From positions 352,001 through 416,000 of the forward strand of contig OZ223302.1 in NCBI GenBank assembly GCA_965140705.1: DNA of 64,000 nucleotides. Direction: 5' to 3'. This DNA is from an uncultured Arcobacter sp. (GTDB lineage: Bacteria > Campylobacterota > Campylobacteria > Campylobacterales > Arcobacteraceae). The position numbers were made by a program, and so were the translations under genes. Below the pieces are notes generated by a model. It searched no databases. It saw nothing but the letters and a program-made list of their open reading frames with translations, and was not told the origin of the DNA. Positions 59,195 to 64,000 of this stretch are shown piece after piece. Position 1 is the first letter of the stretch. Each line of letters starts with the position of its first letter.

Positions 59195-60061
59195 ATGAGT
59201 ATTCTTAAATCAGCACTCATCATTTTAATTTTAGCACTTAGTATTCATGCAAGAAGTATTGAAGATATCAAAAAAAGTGGAGAAATAATTATTGCAGTTT
59301 ATAAGGATTTTCCACCATACTCTTTTAAGGAAAAAGGTGTAGCAAAAGGAATTGATGTTGATCTTGGCAAAATAGTCGCTAAAGCCCTTGGAGTAAAGCC
59401 AGTTTGGTATTTTACAGGTTTTGATGAGGATTTAGCCGCTGATTTAAGAAATACAATTTCTAGGGGGAATAAGGTACATAAAAACAGAGCTGATGTTATG
59501 TTTAGAATTCCTTATGACTATTCATATATGAGATTAACTGATAAACAAACAGGTGAACTTCAAAATGACATGGTCACAATAAAAGGCCCATATCAATCTG
59601 AGAAATGGGTTATAGCAACACATAAAAAAATAATTCCTAAGATAACTACCTTGGGAATTTTTGCTTATCAAACAATAGGTGTAGAAGTTGATATGCTTCC
59701 AGACCTTCATTTAAGTGGATTTGCTAGAGGTTTGATAAGAAAAAATGTTAAACACTACAGAAACTTTGATGATGCAATAAAAGATTTTAAACTAGGGAAA
59801 ATAGATGCAATAGCAGGATTGAAAACTCAACTTGAATATTTATTAGACTATAAAAACAATAAAGATAAATATTATATTTCTGATAATATCCCTATGATGA
59901 AATCAAAATGGGATTTAGCAACAGCAGTACGTAGTAACTATAGAGCACTAAGCTATTTTATTGATGGTGTAATAGAAAAAGCTTATAAAAATGGTGAAAT
60001 AAAAAATATTTTTAATAAATATGGAGTTGATTACTTACCTCCAATTGCAAGAACACAATAA
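59195..60061 (+). CDS. quinoprotein-associated substrate-binding family 3 protein (PedG/MxaJ-like)
   Basis: AVYKDFPPYS, GIDVDLG, DLRN, ADVM.RIPYD; adjacent to cytochrome c550. Confidence 0.75.
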   Translation: MSILKSALIILILALSIHARSIEDIKKSGEIIIAVYKDFPPYSFKEKGVAKGIDVDLGKIVAKALGVKPVWYFTGFDEDLAADLRNTISRGNKVHKNRADVMFRIPYDYSYMRLTDKQTGELQNDMVTIKGPYQSEKWVIATHKKIIPKITTLGIFAYQTIGVEVDMLPDLHLSGFARGLIRKNVKHYRNFDDAIKDFKLGKIDAIAGLKTQLEYLLDYKNNKDKYYISDNIPMMKSKWDLATAVRSNYRALSYFIDGVIEKAYKNGEIKNIFNKYGVDYLPPIARTQ

Positions 60062-60071
60062 AGGAATTATT

Positions 60072-60812
60072 ATGAAGAATATATTTTTTGCTCTTTTTTT
60101 GATTATAACTTCTCAAAATCTTTTCGCTAATAACCCCATTAGCTCACCCACATTTAAAGACATAATAAATGATGTTATAAAGGGTGAAAAATATATTTTT
60201 GATGATAAAAATATAATAGTAGATGTTCCAAAATTTGCAGATAATCCAATACAAGTTCCAATTTTCATAGACGGAAAAAATATTAAAAATGCAAAAAGAA
60301 TGATTGTTTTTGCTGATTTAAATCCAATACCTGTAATTGTAGATATGAAATTAATAGATTTACTTCCATTAATATCAGTAAATATAAAAGTTGCCCAAGA
60401 GACTCCTTTAAGAGCCTTGATTCAAGATGATAAAGGTATTTGGCATATAGGAAGTGCAAATATAAAAAGTTTCGGTGGAGGTTGTTCTGTTTCAAGTGTA
60501 TCTTCTAGCGATACAAATTTTGATAAATATTTAGGAAAAGCCAAAGGAGAGATTTTTCAAAAAGGTGATATTACTAGAATAAAAGCTTCAATTTTTCATC
60601 CAATGGAAACGGGCTTAGTATTTGGGAATAGTGCTTTTTACATAAATAAAATATCTATTTTTACAAAGAATAAAAAACTCTCTGATATAACTTCTTATTC
60701 TGCAATAAGTGAAAATCCTAGATTTATCTTTGAAACAAAAAATAAAAGCAAAGATTATAAAATTAATTTTTATGATACAGATGCAAATGAATTTTCATTG
60801 GATATAAAATGA
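60072..60812 (+). CDS. quinoprotein-associated fused SoxY/SoxZ-like carrier
   Basis: DLNPIP, GGGCS (SoxY-like Cys), HPMETG, SENP (SoxZ-like); start corrected to 60072. Confidence 0.85.
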   Translation: MKNIFFALFLIITSQNLFANNPISSPTFKDIINDVIKGEKYIFDDKNIIVDVPKFADNPIQVPIFIDGKNIKNAKRMIVFADLNPIPVIVDMKLIDLLPLISVNIKVAQETPLRALIQDDKGIWHIGSANIKSFGGGCSVSSVSSSDTNFDKYLGKAKGEIFQKGDITRIKASIFHPMETGLVFGNSAFYINKISIFTKNKKLSDITSYSAISENPRFIFETKNKSKDYKINFYDTDANEFSLDIK

Positions 60813-61726
60813 AAACTCTATTGTTATTGTTAAGTATTTTTACTTTTTGTTTTTCCTTTGATTTTAAATTAAAACCAATAAAATTGGCTAAAAATAGCTA
60901 CTATTTTTATGGAAAAGAGGAGTATTTTTCTATTAAAAATGGTGGAAATATTTCAAACACTGCTTTTATTATTACAAAAAATAGTGTTATTTTAATAGAT
61001 ACTGGTAGTTCATATGAGTATGGAGAAGAAGTAAAAAAGAAAATAAAACAAATCACAAATAAGCCAATAAAATATGTAATCAATACTCACCATCATCCTG
61101 ATCATTTTTTAGGAAATAATGCTTTTTCTAATAGTGAAATCTTCTCAACAGAATTTACAAAAAATGAAATAGCAAAAAATGGGGATTTATATATTGCAAA
61201 TCTAAATAATCTAGTGCAAGCTGCTATGAATGGTACTAAAATAAAAGTTCCAAATGAAATATTAAAATCAAATGAGTTAAATCTAGATGGATATAAATTA
61301 AAACTTTTTTATTTAGATGGTCATACAAAAAGTGATTTAGTAATTTATGATGAAAATACTAAAATACTTTATGCAGCTGATTTAGTTTTTAATAAAAGAA
61401 CTCTTGCTACACCACATGCGAATATTCCAGATTGGATAAAATCCCTAGAAAAATTAAAAAAAATAAACTATAAAATCTTAGTCCCAGGACATGGAAAAAT
61501 TGATAGGACTAAAAATGCTATAAATGAAGATATAGCTTATTTACACTATTTAGATAATACCTTAAAAAATAGTGCTAGAAATGGTTTTGATATCTTCGAA
61601 ATTCTTGCTAGACCAATTCCTAAAGAGTTTAAGAGTTTTACAATGTTTAAAGAAGAGTTTGAAAGAAGTATTATAAATCTTTATCCAAAATATGAAAAAA
61701 GAAGAATGAAAAGTTATCAAGAATAG
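60809..61726 (+). CDS. SoxH-like metallo-beta-lactamase-fold hydrolase (quinoprotein relay system)
   Basis: NGGNISN, IDTG, THHHPDHFLGN, GHT, ADL, VPGHG. Confidence 0.85.
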   Translation: MKTLLLLLSIFTFCFSFDFKLKPIKLAKNSYYFYGKEEYFSIKNGGNISNTAFIITKNSVILIDTGSSYEYGEEVKKKIKQITNKPIKYVINTHHHPDHFLGNNAFSNSEIFSTEFTKNEIAKNGDLYIANLNNLVQAAMNGTKIKVPNEILKSNELNLDGYKLKLFYLDGHTKSDLVIYDENTKILYAADLVFNKRTLATPHANIPDWIKSLEKLKKINYKILVPGHGKIDRTKNAINEDIAYLHYLDNTLKNSARNGFDIFEILARPIPKEFKSFTMFKEEFERSIINLYPKYEKRRMKSYQE

Positions 61727-61735
61727 CTAAAAAAG

Positions 61736-63148
61736 CTATTTTTGATTTTGCATAAATTCTAAAAGAAGTCTAACACCTGCGCCACTTGCTCCATAAGGAT
61801 TATAACCCCATACTTTTTCTCTATAAGCTGCTCCTGCTATATCAAAATGAAGCCATTTGTTTTTATTCTCATCTTTTATAAAATTATCTAAAAATAGTGC
61901 AGCAGTTATTGCTCCTCCAGCTTTTGATCCAACTGAGTTTACAATATCAGCCACACCGCTTTTTATCATAGGTGGTAAATATCTATTAAAGGGTAAAAAT
62001 CCAACTAATTCCCCTGATTTATCGGAGGCTTTACTGATTTTTTCTTTTAGTTTTTTATTATGTCCCATTACACCAGTTGTATATTCTCCCAAAGCTATAA
62101 TACAAGCACCTGTTAGTGTTGCCAAATCAAAGATATAATCTATATCTTTAATCTCATCTTGGGCATAACATAAACAATCAGCAAGTACAAGTCTTCCTTC
62201 CGCATCTGTATTTCTCACTTCTATAGTTTTACCATTACGAGCTACTAATACATCATCTGGTTTATAAGCATCTCCGCCAATCATATTTTCAACAGCACCT
62301 AAGATTCCATGAACTTCATATTCACAAGCAATAGCATTTAAAGAATTCATTACTCCTAAAACAGCACTTGCTCCACTTTTATCACATTTCATAGAGACCA
62401 TACCCTCACCTGATTTTAAACTCAAGCCTCCACAATCATAAGTTAAACCTTTTCCTACAAGAACAATTTTTCCCTTTGGATTTTTGGGTTTATATGTTAA
62501 ATGTATAAGTTGGCTTTCATGTCTTGAAGCACGTCCAACAGCAAGCATAGCATTCATGCCATGTTTTTCTAAATACTCTTCTCCTTGGATTTTACACTCT
62601 AAGCCATTTGCAAAAGATATCTCTTTTGCTTTTTCACCCATTGTAATTGGAGTAAAATCTTCAGGTGTAGTATTAACAATATTTCGAACTAAATTTACAC
62701 TTTCACAAATTGCTATTGCTTTATTTAATTTATTTTGTAGATCACTTTTTTTATATTTTGAAGCACTATTATCAATATAAATATTTAACTCTTTTTCCTC
62801 TTTTTTTGATTTATACTTGTCAAAAGAATAAGCTCCTAGAGTTAAGCCCTCAATGATATCTTTTAGATTTAATTCATTATCTTTATTTACAAGGGAAACT
62901 TTTATATTTTTATATTTTGTTTTTAATATAGCTTTTATAGCATTTGAAAAGGCAATTTTTAAATCTTCACCTTTTAATTTGTTTGCACCCACATATAATC
63001 TCTTTTTTTGAAATAAAATTTCGCCTTCATTTGCATTGAAGCCACTTTGTTTTAATAACTGTTTATCTTCTTTTTTAAACTCTTTTAAACTTTTTAAAAC
63101 CACAATCTCTATATCAAATTCTTCTATTTCATTTAATTTTATTTTCAT
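61736..63148 (-). CDS. pepA: leucyl aminopeptidase (M17)
   Basis: VGKGLTYDCGG, NTDAEGRLVLAD, ATLTGA, HFDIAG. Confidence 0.93.
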   Translation of the reverse strand: MKIKLNEIEEFDIEIVVLKSLKEFKKEDKQLLKQSGFNANEGEILFQKKRLYVGANKLKGEDLKIAFSNAIKAILKTKYKNIKVSLVNKDNELNLKDIIEGLTLGAYSFDKYKSKKEEKELNIYIDNSASKYKKSDLQNKLNKAIAICESVNLVRNIVNTTPEDFTPITMGEKAKEISFANGLECKIQGEEYLEKHGMNAMLAVGRASRHESQLIHLTYKPKNPKGKIVLVGKGLTYDCGGLSLKSGEGMVSMKCDKSGASAVLGVMNSLNAIACEYEVHGILGAVENMIGGDAYKPDDVLVARNGKTIEVRNTDAEGRLVLADCLCYAQDEIKDIDYIFDLATLTGACIIALGEYTTGVMGHNKKLKEKISKASDKSGELVGFLPFNRYLPPMIKSGVADIVNSVGSKAGGAITAALFLDNFIKDENKNKWLHFDIAGAAYREKVWGYNPYGASGAGVRLLLEFMQNQK

Positions 63149-63990
63149 ACTTTATATCCTGTTCCTAATATTTCAGAAGCTTCAGAAATTATCAAAAAAG
63201 CTTCAGGGTCATGTTTTGAGACAATCTCTCTTAATAATTGGATTTTACTAGCTTCCACCGCTACAAATATTATATTTTTATTTTTCTCTTGATGCAAACC
63301 AACACCATTGATTACAGCACCATGCTCTTCAATTTTCTCTCTAATGTGCCAACTTAGGTGTTCCGTTTGATTTGATATTATATGAACAACTTTTTTAGAT
63401 GGTCTTCCTGTTAATACCATATCAACAATTTTTGATGTAATATAAACCCCAATAAGACTATAAAATGATTTCTTAATATCTCCATATACAAATATTGAAC
63501 TAATTAAAATCAGTGCATCTTGGGCTAATAATACTTCAGATACTTTAAATTTTGTTTTTGAAGCTATTAATTCTCCTGAGATAGAAGTACTACCTGTTGA
63601 TGATTTACCTTTTATAATAAATCCAACCCCTAGCCCAACGAATATACCACCAAATATAGCTCCTAAAAGAATATCATTTACTAAAGGTTTTAACTCTAAA
63701 ACTATTTTAAAGAAATCTGTAAAAAATGATAATAATAACATTGTAACAAGTGTCTTAAACGTATATTTTTTACCATAATAGATATACCCCACAAGTATAA
63801 AAGGAGCACTCACTAATATAATATATGTACCTAAAGTAAGATTAGGAAATACATAATGAATAAGTAAAGCAATACCTATTCCTCCACCTGTTATTATCTC
63901 ATTTGGGGATAGTAAAGTTACAGCACCAAAAGACAAAGACATAGTTCCTAACAAAATATATAAATAATTTAATAAATCTTTTTTCTTCAT
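63145..63990 (-). CDS. YitT-family membrane protein
   Basis: PNEIITGG, multiple TMs, C-terminal DPEAF motif. Confidence 0.85.
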   Translation of the reverse strand: MKKKDLLNYLYILLGTMSLSFGAVTLLSPNEIITGGGIGIALLIHYVFPNLTLGTYIILVSAPFILVGYIYYGKKYTFKTLVTMLLLSFFTDFFKIVLELKPLVNDILLGAIFGGIFVGLGVGFIIKGKSSTGSTSISGELIASKTKFKVSEVLLAQDALILISSIFVYGDIKKSFYSLIGVYITSKIVDMVLTGRPSKKVVHIISNQTEHLSWHIREKIEEHGAVINGVGLHQEKNKNIIFVAVEASKIQLLREIVSKHDPEAFLIISEASEILGTGYKV

Positions 63991-64000
63991 ATTTACCTTA

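Noticed and set aside
60072..61726. Sox thiosulfate-oxidation pathway
   Set aside because: No soxA, B, X, C or D in the window; the fused YZ form and context fit the quinoprotein-associated family.
61736..63148. pepA as the missing PqqA-processing peptidase
   Set aside because: Convergent housekeeping-type gene without the regulon box; proximity is the only link.
2305..63251. Remaining short ORFs nested in or antisense to long genes (e.g. 2305, 9250, 22762, 45849, 48299, 61857)
   Set aside because: They overlap well-supported genes and lack recognisable motifs.

Overview
Very AT-rich chromosomal window from a Campylobacterota bacterium, most likely Arcobacteraceae (inferred from the ahpC-fdxA-ndk-rpmF-plsX-fabH order, a Cj0069-like gene, HQWxxP-type kinases and dddY). 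The left half is mostly housekeeping (dnaX, murI, metNIQ, rho, ahpC, ndk, rpmF, plsX, fabH, pabB/pabC, pyrB, argD, pyk). It also holds a probable defence insertion (PLD-nuclease/SF2 helicase/DUF3427 plus a 58-aa ORF) bracketed by two structured non-coding elements, and a fatty-acid cis-trans isomerase. The right half holds two catabolic systems. (1) 29.5-37.3 kb: periplasmic DMSP lyase DddY, NapC-type and tetraheme cytochromes, a Tat flavoprotein (probable acrylate reductase) and Cache-domain regulators. (2) 38.3-61.7 kb: an alcohol-oxidation system with aldehyde dehydrogenase, a FIST kinase/OmpR pair, pqqABCDE (pqqA missing from the ORF track), a lipoprotein PQQ alcohol dehydrogenase carrying the lanthanide-type D-x-D motif (PedH/ExaF-like), a PedA1A2BC-like transporter, cytochrome c550 and SoxYZ/SoxH-like proteins. 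Six promoters in system 2 share the architecture GCTAWA-N5-GCTATA-N9-(-10), which points to one regulon. No rRNA, tRNA, CRISPR array or transposase was recognised. All calls come from motif recognition by eye; no database searches were run.
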